Of a stretch of DNA of 64,000 bases, positions 40,290-50,287 are shown in pieces. The notes below the pieces were generated by a model. The model worked only from the letters and a program-made list of their open reading frames with translations. It searched no databases and was not told the origin of the DNA. Position numbers and translations under genes: made by a program. The stretch's first letter is position 1, and every line of letters starts with the position of its first letter. Source of the DNA: Gemmatimonadota bacterium (GTDB taxonomy: Bacteria; JBHIER01; G020348925); the NCBI GenBank assembly GCA_020348925.1, contig CP070758.1, positions 496,001 to 560,000 of the forward strand, written 5' to 3'.

Positions 40290-41183
40290 TCACCAGGCGA
40301 TCACTCTGCCAGAATCCCTCGTGTCGTAGCCGCCCATGCGGTCAACTCTGTATCGGAAATGCTCGGAGCGAATAACCTCCAATATCTCCTGAATCGGTTC
40401 TGTATAGAAGTGAGCTTTGGTAATGACAAAATCGAAGCGTTCCTTCGTAATCGGAATGAAATTCAGACCGAAGGCTGTGGCAGCGGCCTTCAAACCCAGC
40501 CCCACATCGGCCTCCCCGTTGCGCACGGCCAGAGCGACCTCCGTGTGGGTCGACACACACCTTTCGTAACCGCGTATCTGCCATCCCTCGATGTTCAATC
40601 GCTGTAAGTGATAATCGAGGAGCTGACGAGTCCCGGCGCCTTCCTGACGATTGATGAAACGCACATCCGGCCGGGTGAGATCCTCAAAAGCCTTTACTTT
40701 GAGAGGATTTCCCGGTTGCACCATGAACCCCTGCTCCCGATCCAGAAAGTGGACGACGACGGTCTCCGCTTTCGGCAGGTATTTTGGCACAAAGGGGAGG
40801 TTGTATTCCTTCGTTTCCGGGTCCAGGAGGTGAATGCCGGCCATGTGGCTGGAGCCCCGCTGAAGATGCACAAGACCTTTGACGCTGCCCACATGGGCTG
40901 AGAGGACGACCAATTGCGGGAAGTGTTCGATCACTTCCGATTCAAGGATATCGATGGCCAGATCGTGGCTGCCCATGATGGTGATATTCTCTGTTTTGTC
41001 CAACGGTTTCTTCCCCCGGATGTCCTCGTCTATCCACTGATCGATGGATTTCTTCGGGAAAAGCCATTTTCCCGTGATCCGGGTGCACGGGATGTCCCCG
41101 CGCTTGATGAGAGCATAGATCTTTTTCTCATTGAGGCTCAAATACTTGGCGAGTTCTTGGACCGTCATCAATGCCTGAGTCAT
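40290..41183 (-). CDS. Excisionase-like HTH plus molybdate/tungstate PBP-domain transcriptional regulator
   Basis: LMTVQELAKYL...IYALIKRGDIP..RITGKWLF (HTH_17); GSHDL, VGSVKGL, FINRQEGAGTR, HTEVA...GEADVGLG (PBP-like). Confidence 0.9.
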   Translation of the reverse strand: MTQALMTVQELAKYLSLNEKKIYALIKRGDIPCTRITGKWLFPKKSIDQWIDEDIRGKKPLDKTENITIMGSHDLAIDILESEVIEHFPQLVVLSAHVGSVKGLVHLQRGSSHMAGIHLLDPETKEYNLPFVPKYLPKAETVVVHFLDREQGFMVQPGNPLKVKAFEDLTRPDVRFINRQEGAGTRQLLDYHLQRLNIEGWQIRGYERCVSTHTEVALAVRNGEADVGLGLKAAATAFGLNFIPITKERFDFVITKAHFYTEPIQEILEVIRSEHFRYRVDRMGGYDTRDSGRVIAW

Positions 41184-41280
41184 GTTCAATACAAGCCTTT
41201 CAGTGATACGAACAGGATTTTGGTGTTTTTGTTAGGGAGGAATTTAAACTCTGAGATAGGTGATGACAAGAAAAAAACGA

Positions 41281-41330
41281 AAAAAATAACAAATAAAGAC
41301 AAATAATAATAAATAATGACTAATAATAAC
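41281..41330. repeat. Five tandem 10-bp direct repeats, candidate operator
   Basis: AAAAAATAAC / AAATAAAGAC / AAATAATAAT / AAATAATGAC / TAATAATAAC about 100 bp upstream of the regulator. Confidence 0.55.
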
Positions 41331-41470
41331 TATGTTGTACACTGCTCAATAGATGTTTTGAATAGATGTACCCCCATTTTGACTTGACCCGGAGGGGAAA
41401 CGAGCGGAGATAAAGCACATGGAAATGTGATATGTATGTTTTTTGGGTACCGAAGCAGAGGTGTTGAACG

Positions 41471-42164
41471 ATGAAAAAATCCATGAGAATACCGCTGTTT
41501 ATCATCCGTGGCCTGTCCGTTCTCATCATCCTGGGTGTCCTTTTAACCAAACTGGCTGCAATCATTGTCGGTCCTGATACTTTTGAAGAGAGACTTGCTC
41601 GAGATATGAAGGGAGCGGTCAAAGATTCTCTCCGTTTCGCTAAAAAATTGAAGAAAGTATTCAAAAGGATGGAATGGGTCGTGTCAAGGAGATACGTATC
41701 TGTATGCGGGATCTTTTTAATATTCGGACAGGTCCAGGGAAACATACCTCAGGGATAAGATGGGCAAGCTTTCGAGAGGAGATGAGATTTTTATCCTCGA
41801 AGAAATTGACGGCCGGGTGAAGTTTCGTCTCATCTCAGAAGATACCGAGTGGTCCGGCTGGGTTCAAAAAAATGGGACTGTTCCGAAACAACAATGGGAC
41901 CTTTCAAAATATGATATGACTGTAAAAGAATTGATGGACTCCGGCCTCATCGTTGAAATTCAACTCAAGACTGTCCTCGTGAATGGTTCCGTGTGGAAAT
42001 CATTGGAGTACGAAGAACGAGGGAGTATCGCACAAATGCTTGCCATGTATTTTATCCTTCAGCAAAAATCTGAAATTATATTCAGTTTCATAATAGACAT
42101 CTAATCGGGTCATACCCTTGCCGAATCTAGAGAAGACAAAGGCTTTAGCCTGGTTTATTCATGA
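41471..42164 (+). pseudogene. Disrupted membrane-anchored SH3-domain gene
   Basis: SH3b motif split over three frames (RRYV / FNIRTGPG / DKMGKLSRGDEIFILEE...GWV) and an in-frame TAA at 42102 before a plausible tail. Confidence 0.6.
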
Positions 42165-42167
42165 GCT

Positions 42168-42252
42168 GTCATTCCGGCTGGAATGCCGGAATCTCCTCGA
42201 TTGATGCACCGGATTCTCTCTTCAGGGGATTCCGGGATAACCCCGGCATGAC
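42168..42252. repeat. REP-like palindromic element
   Basis: GTCATTCCGG...CCGGAATC...GATTCCGGG...CCGGCATGAC. Confidence 0.65.
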
Positions 42253-42574
42253 AGAGTATACAATTGCGGGAGATACTACCGAACAAAGTCCAACACCCGT
42301 GTTCATTATAATTCCATAAATATTTCTTGTTACGTTGCGTTTGCAGTGGTTGTATGAATTATCCGGGTTAGAAAATATTCGTTGTGGTAGATCCTATTCA
42401 AACTTGATTTATTCATACATTTTCATAAAAAGATCCCTAAAAATTTCGGAAAGTTTCGTTTATTAAAAGGGGAGAAAGGCAAAAATGTTATAATGTCTTC
42501 TGTAACTACTATGTTTTCTTTCAGGAACTTTCCAAAGCCTCCAAAAGGACGAAGCAAACTCTTCATCAAACCTC

Positions 42575-42701
42575 GTCATTGCGAGGAGGACCGTGTGTAA
42601 CACAGCAGAACGAAGTAATCTCCTTGTTCGAGAGAGATTGCCGCGCTTCGCTCGCAATGACAGGCAAAAGTGAGAGATTGCCGCGCTTCGCACCGTGAGA
42701 G
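42575..42701. repeat. RPE-like palindromic element plus a partial second copy
   Basis: GTCATTGCGAG...AATCTC...GAGATTGCCGCGCTTCGCTCGCAATGAC, then GAGAGATTGCCGCGCTTCGC again. Confidence 0.7.
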
Positions 42702-42747
42702 ACAATTCCATAGGCCTGATATTTCCACCACCAAACCCTGATACACA

Positions 42748-44295
42748 TCAATCAGTTTCATACTTAAAAGATTTATGCTTCAGATATGAGATCAAAAGCT
42801 CAATGACTTTTTTGGCGGTTGATTTGGAATAGGGGAATGTAATGGAGTAGGAGGCGTCTGCTGAATCTATGCTGAGTGTGCGCAGAGCCTTGCTTTTTTT
42901 CGTGGTGGGATTACTGCTGGAGGATCGTTTCATTTCGTGATACGGCAAAAATATCCGCTGTTTCTTGAAATCGAGGATGATATGTTCGTTTGTGAAAACG
43001 ACCGTGCCTCTGCTGGACATCTGTTGTCCCTTGGAAGGTGCCATCTCTATGTGAGGGCTCCCTTTGAGAAAACGTCCATGGGGTATGGCCAGCAAAATCC
43101 TGTTGTTGGGAGGGAGGCTGTAGCTCGTCTTTGCCCTAGTTCGGTTTTGCGCGTAATTCTTTCGGATGTCGTTGAAGCTCCGGATCTTGACCGAGAGTTC
43201 CTGCTCCAGTCGTGTCTCCTCCTTGAACATGTCGCAGCCGCACTTTTTGCAGCTGGGCACCAGTGCTCTGTTCGGTGTTTCGCAGAGTGGGCATTTGACG
43301 ACCACGGATTTGTTGCATTCAGGACAGACCTTCCTCCGTTCAGCGACGGCAGCCTGACAGTGGGGGCAGGGAACCATAGGTACATAGTCCGATTCTCGAG
43401 GCATTTTTGTCTCCTGAGCCTCTTTTTTCCCTTTTTCGAGAAAGTGGAAGTAGTGAAAGCCTTCTCCGCCACCATCCATGTCCTTGCAGGCGAGAGAGAC
43501 CTGAGCGAAATCGATACGTTTGACTCCATGACTGTGACCAATGACGAGACAGAGGTCGGCTAAAGAACAGATAACGCGGGGGACACCCATGGAAAATTTG
43601 TATATGGTTTCGTAGGCGAAATCAGTAAAGATTTCAGTTCCGGTGTATCCTGCCTTCGAGAGACGAAACCGGATAAGATCTTTCGTCTCGCTGAGATTGA
43701 GGTTTTTAAGAAAGAAGCGGACGGGCAATCGCTGCCAGAACTCAGGCATGCTCCGGACAATACCCTCGAGTGGTTTCTGGCCAGAGAAGATAAAGGTTAG
43801 AAGAAAAGCTTCGGCGACGCAGAAATTGAGGAGGATCCGGAGTTCCTGCAGAAGGTCGAGGCGGTGGCTGAGCATCTGCCCTTCATCGACTATGACAACG
43901 GTCTTGAAACCTGCATCGTGATAGGATTGCAGCTGTTCTCTCAATTGGTTTAAAGCATCAACTTTATCCCTGATTTTTTGGAGAGAACCCAATTGACGGG
44001 CGAGCTCGCTGATCAGCTGGGTTGGGGTGAGGGTTGGGTGGTCGATGAAGACGAGCTTTATCTTCTCCCCGTACTCGGTCTCCATGTCCTGACAGAGACG
44101 TGAGAGGACGCTCGTTTTGCCGTCACCGGCGTGATCAGAGACTAAAAGTGCCCCGCCTTTATTCGATTGAATGGCGTACTTCAATCGCAGGAGACACTCG
44201 CGGTGTTGGCTGCTCAAATAGAGCATTTCCGGATCCGGAGTGAGAGAGAAGGGGATCTTATCAAGACCCCAATATGTGAGATATTGGTCAATCAT
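42748..44295 (-). CDS. ExeA/GspA-like AAA ATPase with double zinc ribbon
   Basis: PFSLTPDP, AGDGKT Walker A, VIVDEGQ Walker B, GVPRVI; CPHC, CPEC, CPLC, CKKC. Confidence 0.88.
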   Translation of the reverse strand: MIDQYLTYWGLDKIPFSLTPDPEMLYLSSQHRECLLRLKYAIQSNKGGALLVSDHAGDGKTSVLSRLCQDMETEYGEKIKLVFIDHPTLTPTQLISELARQLGSLQKIRDKVDALNQLREQLQSYHDAGFKTVVIVDEGQMLSHRLDLLQELRILLNFCVAEAFLLTFIFSGQKPLEGIVRSMPEFWQRLPVRFFLKNLNLSETKDLIRFRLSKAGYTGTEIFTDFAYETIYKFSMGVPRVICSLADLCLVIGHSHGVKRIDFAQVSLACKDMDGGGEGFHYFHFLEKGKKEAQETKMPRESDYVPMVPCPHCQAAVAERRKVCPECNKSVVVKCPLCETPNRALVPSCKKCGCDMFKEETRLEQELSVKIRSFNDIRKNYAQNRTRAKTSYSLPPNNRILLAIPHGRFLKGSPHIEMAPSKGQQMSSRGTVVFTNEHIILDFKKQRIFLPYHEMKRSSSSNPTTKKSKALRTLSIDSADASYSITFPYSKSTAKKVIELLISYLKHKSFKYETD

Positions 44296-44713
44296 CAGAA
44301 ACCTCGTTGAATATGAGTACTACAAATCTATACATAATACTAAAGTCACTGTACCATTGTCAACCCCAAAATCGTAATCGTGTGAAGAAAAAGATGAATG
44401 GAGAGAGAGGAGGATGTGGTGAAGTCGATCCCTGAGATAATGAAATAGGCATTGCACCGAAGCCGAATGTGAGAAAATCAATGGAGAGAGGATCTCATTC
44501 GATTGAATTGCGTCAGGAGGGGATGCACACTCTGAACCTGAATTATGAAAAAATTGGGTTGCGAACAGAACGGGTTTTCGTCCTCATGGGAGAGGGACTA
44601 AAATAAGGTGGGAATTTGTGGAAGGTAAGCGGTAGGGGGGTATTATGTGGTTGAAAAGACCCAACCCTCTCTACGCTAATTTTCAATAGCGTAAATCAAG
44701 CTTTTCCACAAAT

Positions 44714-45001
44714 AATAGTACTACTTACCCGCTCTGTTCACAACGTCCGAGTTTTGTACTCAAGGGGCACAACCTGAGTAGTATCCCTCGCCCTTGAAAA
44801 ACTTGGTGCTCTGAAACACCAAACCTGTCAACGTCCGTGAAGAATCGACTCCTTTCTTCAGACAAGTTAACGGGAGAACAGTTTCGTAGCCCCCTGGCGC
44901 GAAGCTGATGCAATGATTGGTGTCGCGCCCTACGAGAAACCCTCACTGTTGACCTTGCACGTGTGGGTCAACAAAAGACTGGAGGACTTCTATCCACTAC
45001 T
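44714..45001 (-). ncRNA. Candidate ~290-nt multi-hairpin non-coding RNA, family unknown
   Basis: Five consecutive hairpins enclosed by a long-range helix; G-U pairs favour the minus strand; promoter directly upstream. Confidence 0.55.
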
Positions 45002-45005
45002 CTCG

Positions 45006-45034
45006 AATGTAGTGCGTCGTTAAGAAATTGTCAA
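45006..45034 (-). promoter_or_regulatory. Sigma70-type promoter
   Basis: TTGACA (45034-45029), 17-nt spacer, TACATT (45011-45006). Confidence 0.65.
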
Positions 45035-45262
45035 GTGTTTTTTGGGGAATATTCATTATATTTCAATAAAATCGCTTTTTTTTAAAGAAATTAATATATC
45101 TTACTGAAAAATATTGAAGTTATTCTATGTTGAGAACCATTTCCACGAACCGCCATATGGGCTGAATCAAGGATTTGTCGCGTACGCCTGTGAGATGGGC
45201 AGCAACCGCGAGTTCGAATGACTCAGCGGTCCTGTTGTATCGACTGTCACGTGGGACGGTTC

Positions 45263-46641
45263 TTATTTCACAAGGACCATGCGTTTCGTAGCTCTGAATT
45301 CCCCCTGAAGGTCTCGTGATGTTCCGCCTGCCGAGAGCGTATAGAGGTACACGCCACTGGAGACTTTTCTTCCTTCCTCATCCTTCCCGTCCCAGGTTGC
45401 CCTATGGCGCCCCGGCGCTTTCCGCTCATTGACCAGGGTTCGCACTTCCTGCCCGACAATGTTGTAGATTTTCAGAGAGACCCACGGTGTGAGTTCAGTG
45501 GTCGGAACAGAGTAGATGATCGTAGTCGTGGGATTGAAGGGATTGGGATAGTTTTGTTCCAGAACCCACGTCTCGGGTTGGAGGTCTCCTTTGAGGTTGA
45601 TGGGGTAGATATCAACCGGAATTTCACGACATCCTTCTCCGGCCAAGAGCGCTTCTGAAATTTCGATCATCGGTCTTTGAGTCGTGGATTTCGAGTTCCG
45701 CATAGAGAAGGATGCGGTCAGGATTGAACCGGATCCGGCAGGAATAGAAGTGCCATCGGGATTGTAAATGAGGATGACCCACCGGCCGTCTGCCCATTCA
45801 TGATCAAGCTTCATGTGAGAGGCGCGGCCCCGGAGTTGAGGCGCTTGTGGGTGGAGGGCGGTTGGATCGTAGCCGAGGATGAGCTGTATTCCAGTCATAT
45901 CATGTTCAGAGCGGATGGCGAGGGGGAGTTCGAGGCGTCCGTGTGTGAACTCCGCCTCCTCCCCAGGGCTCCAGATGCTGGCCGGAGATATGGCTATCTT
46001 TGCCAAGCTTGAAGTGGGCGGGCAGGTGCCAAGGCCGAGAATGACGTTGATGATGCCCACGACATCGAGAATATCGACGGCATCGTCCTCGTTGCAGTCG
46101 GCGGCCCAGAATTGAAAGGTGGTGAATTCTATTCGTTCGAGGATGTAGTTGATCATCCAGACGGCATCCAGGACATCCACTTCGCCGTCCATGTTGACGT
46201 CCCCTTTGATCCCTGTGCCGAGGAACAGCGTACCGTCCTGCACCCTCAGTGGGATTGCGATGCCGACCGTATCACTCAGTACGACTCTGTCAAAATGAAT
46301 GCGTGTGCTATCGCCCACCGTTACGCTTGGATTCACCTCAAACGTGATCTCGGCCACAGGTCCTGTTCCGGATGCGATCGCTTCGAGCTCTGAAGTGGCG
46401 AAGACGATGATGAGGCGTCCCGGATCCGGGATGTTCCAATCGAAGAGACCATCAATGCGCGGGGTCGGTTGGACATCCAGGACAGTTGCAAAGGTATCAC
46501 TGTACGTCAAGTGCGACTGAAAGGCGGCGATGGGGTCGTCCCTTTCGGTCTGGTTGTCGATATTTAGAGTCATCGTCACCGTATCGCCAGGCAGTGACCA
46601 AGCGTCGGGGATGGCAACAATGACCTGAGCTTCTCTCACGA
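45263..46641 (-). CDS. Cohesin-dockerin-cohesin-FlgD/C-terminal sorting domain protein, 5' truncated at gap
   Basis: IAAFQSHLTY...GTGPVAEITFEV and MTGIQLILGYDP cohesin-like domains; GDVNMDGEVDVLD...WAADCNEDDAVDILD; QNYPNPFNP...WDGKDEEGRKVSSGVY. Confidence 0.85.
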
Positions 46642-46741
46642 NNNNNNNNNNNNNNNNNNNNNNNNNNNNNNNNNNNNNNNNNNNNNNNNNNNNNNNNNNN
46701 NNNNNNNNNNNNNNNNNNNNNNNNNNNNNNNNNNNNNNNNN

Positions 46742-47121
46742 AATAAAATCGTCATGGGATTTGTTAACGTAAGAAAAAAAGAAGAAATATAAGCATTGAA
46801 GTATTTTGCTTTCTTCAATATCGAAGGATCCTTCAGGGATTTTGACAGAAAAGCCCTCACTCCAAGATAACAGAGGAAGATGCCGCCTGTGAGGCTGAAC
46901 CAAAATGTGTGTTGAACTAAAAAATGAGAGATGACTGTCAAGCCAAAGGCAGCGACGGACCCGTAGAGTGCATCGGCTGTCGCCGCACCAAGGCCGGTAT
47001 ACACTCCCGAACGGTAGCCGCCGTTTATGGTTCTTTGAATACACAGAACCCCGATCGGTCCGACGGGTGCAGCGATGGAAAATCCAATGATCAAACCTTT
47101 TAAGAATATGGGGATTTCCAT
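46742..47121 (-). CDS. LysE family translocator, 3' truncated at gap
   Basis: GFSIAAPVGPIGVLCIQRT, GLGAATADALYG, LTLTNPMTIL. Confidence 0.9.
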
Positions 47122-47248
47122 AGATCACAACATTTCAGAATTTCTTAATACTCCCTAATCAAATGCAACACGGAGATTGGAGATATTCCGAAAAGGTCGA
47201 AAAGCTGAAAAATGAACGCTTCTTTGGGCTTTCGAAAACTCTGTTGAA

Positions 47249-48268
47249 TCAAGTTCTTTGTAAATCGTACAAATTACGTTGTATGAAATTTGTGACGTTT
47301 CGAAAGGCCAAGGCTTTTTGTTCCTCTCCGTTCAATATGCCGTTCAATTGTCTGAGAATCTCCTGATACTTTCCGGCATGTTCATGCTCCTTGAAAAAGA
47401 ACGGAATGCGGCTCTTATCAGGATGATATTTCCAACAGAAAAAATCGGCGCCGAAGCATAGGGCATCCTTTGCACCCATCTCGAAACCGTGTTGGATGTG
47501 CTGTGTCAGCATTTTAGGATCATCAGGGTGCAGGAAGTTTCTCAGGAAGTTCATCCCGATGAGGCCTTTGCGGCGGATAATCTCCGTGGCTATCTCATCG
47601 GAGAGATTGCGATCGTGATCGTACACGGCCCTGAAATTGGAGTGGCTGGCGATGACGGGGATGTTCAGACCTTTCCTGTCGATGTAGTCGAGTATGTCGT
47701 GGGCCAGGGTGGTGCTGGTATGGGACAGGTCCACGGCGATACGCCTGCCATCGAGATAATCCATCAGAACTTTGCCGTCGTCTTTGAGGCCGGACTTCGA
47801 ACTATTGCCACCGCCGAAGCGATTTTCACCATGATGCGTGAGTGAGAGATACAACAGGCGTTCGGTTTTCTGAAGTATCTGCTCCAATCGAGTGAAGGTC
47901 TGTTCCAATGGCTCGTCTTCCTCGCAGAGCCCGGAAACATTCTCAATGGCGGCGAGGATTCCGGTTTTTTTCGAACCAAGAGCTCCGTGCAATTGCTTTG
48001 GGCCGGCAAGAGGTGTGAAGAACTGGTTCTCATCCCGGAGCAGTTGTCGGAATATCTCGGCTTGTTTTCTGGCCAGGTCCGCACTCCCCTTTTCTGTAGA
48101 TGTATATATGGCCAAAACTTGCAGCTTGACGTTGCCCTCCTGCAGGTGGGGAATGGCACAGCCGATATCCTCTTTGTTCGCAGGATGAGCGCCTTTGACG
48201 CTGGCGAGGTAGACAAGCAGGTCGCAGTGCATGTCGAAAATCGGATGAGCGTCTCTATCGGGGATCAT
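47249..48268 (-). CDS. Membrane dipeptidase (peptidase M19)
   Basis: DMHCD, IEN, VDLSH, IASHSN, RNLSD, GADF. Confidence 0.9.
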   Translation of the reverse strand: MIPDRDAHPIFDMHCDLLVYLASVKGAHPANKEDIGCAIPHLQEGNVKLQVLAIYTSTEKGSADLARKQAEIFRQLLRDENQFFTPLAGPKQLHGALGSKKTGILAAIENVSGLCEEDEPLEQTFTRLEQILQKTERLLYLSLTHHGENRFGGGNSSKSGLKDDGKVLMDYLDGRRIAVDLSHTSTTLAHDILDYIDRKGLNIPVIASHSNFRAVYDHDRNLSDEIATEIIRRKGLIGMNFLRNFLHPDDPKMLTQHIQHGFEMGAKDALCFGADFFCWKYHPDKSRIPFFFKEHEHAGKYQEILRQLNGILNGEEQKALAFRNVTNFIQRNLYDLQRT

Positions 48269-48897
48269 TTACTTGACTCCATAGTCTCAATGACTTTCTT
48301 ACCCGCCACCCGGGCACTGTCAAGGACGTCGGGATAGTTTCGCACGTCTCCGGGTTTGTGAGCTCCCGGGGCAACGACGGTGGCGAAGAGTTCCATCTTG
48401 AGCCAATCGAGTGCACCCTGGAACATCCCTGTGGTGTGACGGGCAGAGGTCTGCTTCGTATCCTCCAACGGTATTGCGAGGATGGCCCGTTTCCCCTTGA
48501 ATGACACAATACCTCCGTGGTGGGCTCCGTACCAACGGTCGAGGAAGGTTTTGAACTGGGCTGTGGGACCGTAGTAGTAAATCGGTGTGCCCAGAACCCA
48601 GACCTGGCTGTGCTGCATCTTCTCAAAGAGAACCTGCATGTCGTCCTGCTGCACGCAATCGCCGATTTCGTAGCAGGCATCGCAACCCTGACAGGGCGCA
48701 ATAGCGAGCTCGGTCAGGATAATCTTCTCCACCACTGCGCCCCCTTCCGCCGCCCCGGAGAGGACCTCATCCACGAGGATTTCCGTATTCCCCCCGCGGC
48801 GCGGACTTCCCACGATACCCAAAACTCGGGTACGATCTTTGTCGCCGTTCATCAGTATCTCCTTTATTGGAGTGATAAGATTTTCGTCGTTTGCCAT
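48265..48897 (-). CDS. Flavodoxin family protein (iron-sulfur flavoprotein / FMN reductase-like)
   Basis: GSPRRGGNT, CQGCDAC...C..QDDM, GTPIYY, KTFLDR. Confidence 0.9.
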   Translation of the reverse strand: MANDENLITPIKEILMNGDKDRTRVLGIVGSPRRGGNTEILVDEVLSGAAEGGAVVEKIILTELAIAPCQGCDACYEIGDCVQQDDMQVLFEKMQHSQVWVLGTPIYYYGPTAQFKTFLDRWYGAHHGGIVSFKGKRAILAIPLEDTKQTSARHTTGMFQGALDWLKMELFATVVAPGAHKPGDVRNYPDVLDSARVAGKKVIETMESSK

Positions 48898-48910
48898 TCA
48901 AAAAAAATTC

Positions 48911-49684
48911 TTATTTGAGTAAAAGTAAAGTCGAGGCAAGTGTTGATGCAAGAATCAAAATTCGGTATGGCTTATCGGGGATGGCCCGAACAATCCGGAT
49001 CCCAAAATAAAAACCGCCCACAATGGCCGGTGCCATAAGGAGATCGAACGCCATGGTTTTCAGGGTTACGGTCTTCCAGAAAATGACATGCAGGGGTATT
49101 TTCGATAGGCCGACCAGAACGAAAAGGCAGGATGCAGTACCTATAAGGTTATACTTCGGAAGGCGCATGGCCAGCAGGTAGAGCCACATGAGTGGACCTC
49201 CGACATTTCCGACCATCGTAGCAAATCCTCCCGAGATACCCAACACCATAGGAAACCACCAGCCTTCGGGGACTGTGACACTTTGCTCCCCTATATCCTG
49301 CCGTGTCATGACGGCAATTCCGGCGAATACAGTTCCAGCCAGGATTTTCTTGAAGAGATCATCGGAGATGAAATTCCCTACGAGGAGTCCCGCCATGATC
49401 CCCAATAGAATCCACGGCATGAAGCGCACGACGTACTTCCAACGCGCATGATGGTTGTAATAATGAACGGCCAAAATATCCGCAATGATGTTTATGGGTA
49501 AGACAACCCCTGTTGATGCTCTTCCTCCAAAGAGGTTCGCCATAATGAGTACGACAAGCGAATTGAGACCCATCAATCCCGCTTTCGTAATGCCGGCAAG
49601 CATTCCACATGCGAGTGAAAAAATCCATGTCAGAGGCGAGAGATTGGACCATTCAAATGACACGGTCATCACCATTTTTGACAC
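48911..49684 (-). CDS. Sulfite exporter TauE/SafE family protein
   Basis: GITKAG, STGVVLP, GFATMVGNVGGP, KIP; multiple TM segments. Confidence 0.85.
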   Translation of the reverse strand: MSKMVMTVSFEWSNLSPLTWIFSLACGMLAGITKAGLMGLNSLVVLIMANLFGGRASTGVVLPINIIADILAVHYYNHHARWKYVVRFMPWILLGIMAGLLVGNFISDDLFKKILAGTVFAGIAVMTRQDIGEQSVTVPEGWWFPMVLGISGGFATMVGNVGGPLMWLYLLAMRLPKYNLIGTASCLFVLVGLSKIPLHVIFWKTVTLKTMAFDLLMAPAIVGGFYFGIRIVRAIPDKPYRILILASTLASTLLLLK

Positions 49685-49778
49685 CTGAATACATTATCGA
49701 AAAAACTGCCATACCTGTCCCTGCTAAAGTTCTGAAACGATTCCGGAAGGCATTTCGTCTTCCATTTACCTTGGCTCA

Positions 49779-50147
49779 CTATTTTTCGGTTGAGCCCTTC
49801 CTTTTCGTTTTATCCAATTCATCCAAAACTTTGAAGACATAGCGAGCGGACCAGTCTATTACATTGCCGCCTAACGCCAAAGCGACAGCGGTCGCTTCCA
49901 ATATCTCCTTTCGATCGACGCCAAGGTCAACAGCACTGTTGACGTGATACTCTATTCAGCCATAACATCCGTTGCTGATACTTATTCCCAGAGCGATCAG
50001 CTCTTTGTATTTTTGTTTAAGAGCTCCATCCTTCAAAGCGTTCTCTTCGATCTGTGCCAGTTCACGAAATGTGCTTACACCGCTGAGGTACATCTTGGCA
50101 TTGTACTTTTTTCTTAACTGCTGAATGTCATGAATATCGTCGAACAT
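49779..50147 (-). CDS. AhpD / carboxymuconolactone decarboxylase-like selenoprotein (CxxU)
   Basis: DGALKQKYKELIALGISISNGCYG-TGA-IEYHVNSAVDLG...EILEATAVALALGG continues in frame to TAG at 49781-49779; SECIS-like hairpin after the TGA. Confidence 0.85.
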
Positions 50148-50287
50148 CATAGCCTCCTTTCCTTGGCTCCGGCAAGAGTTGCCCCTTCATAAAGAATACC
50201 GACACGCCTGTTAAGACTCTTACCTCGATTCTCTTCAGTTTCTTTAGACAAACATAACGATTTTCATGTCACCATAATAACCTCCTC

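Noticed and set aside
42356-42371. GAATTATCCGGGTTAG, resembling an IS terminal repeat
   Set aside because: No partner end or transposase found nearby.
44714-45001. RNase P RNA-like words (AGAAGTCC and ACAAAACTCGG)
   Set aside because: The P4 helix with bulged U and the other conserved regions cannot be built; kept as an unassigned RNA.
45263-47128. ORF-track proteins spanning N gaps (also 8764..9297, 9056..11140, 17537..17932, 61395..63509, 63275..63982)
   Set aside because: They read through 100-N spacers and join unrelated sequence; each side was annotated separately.
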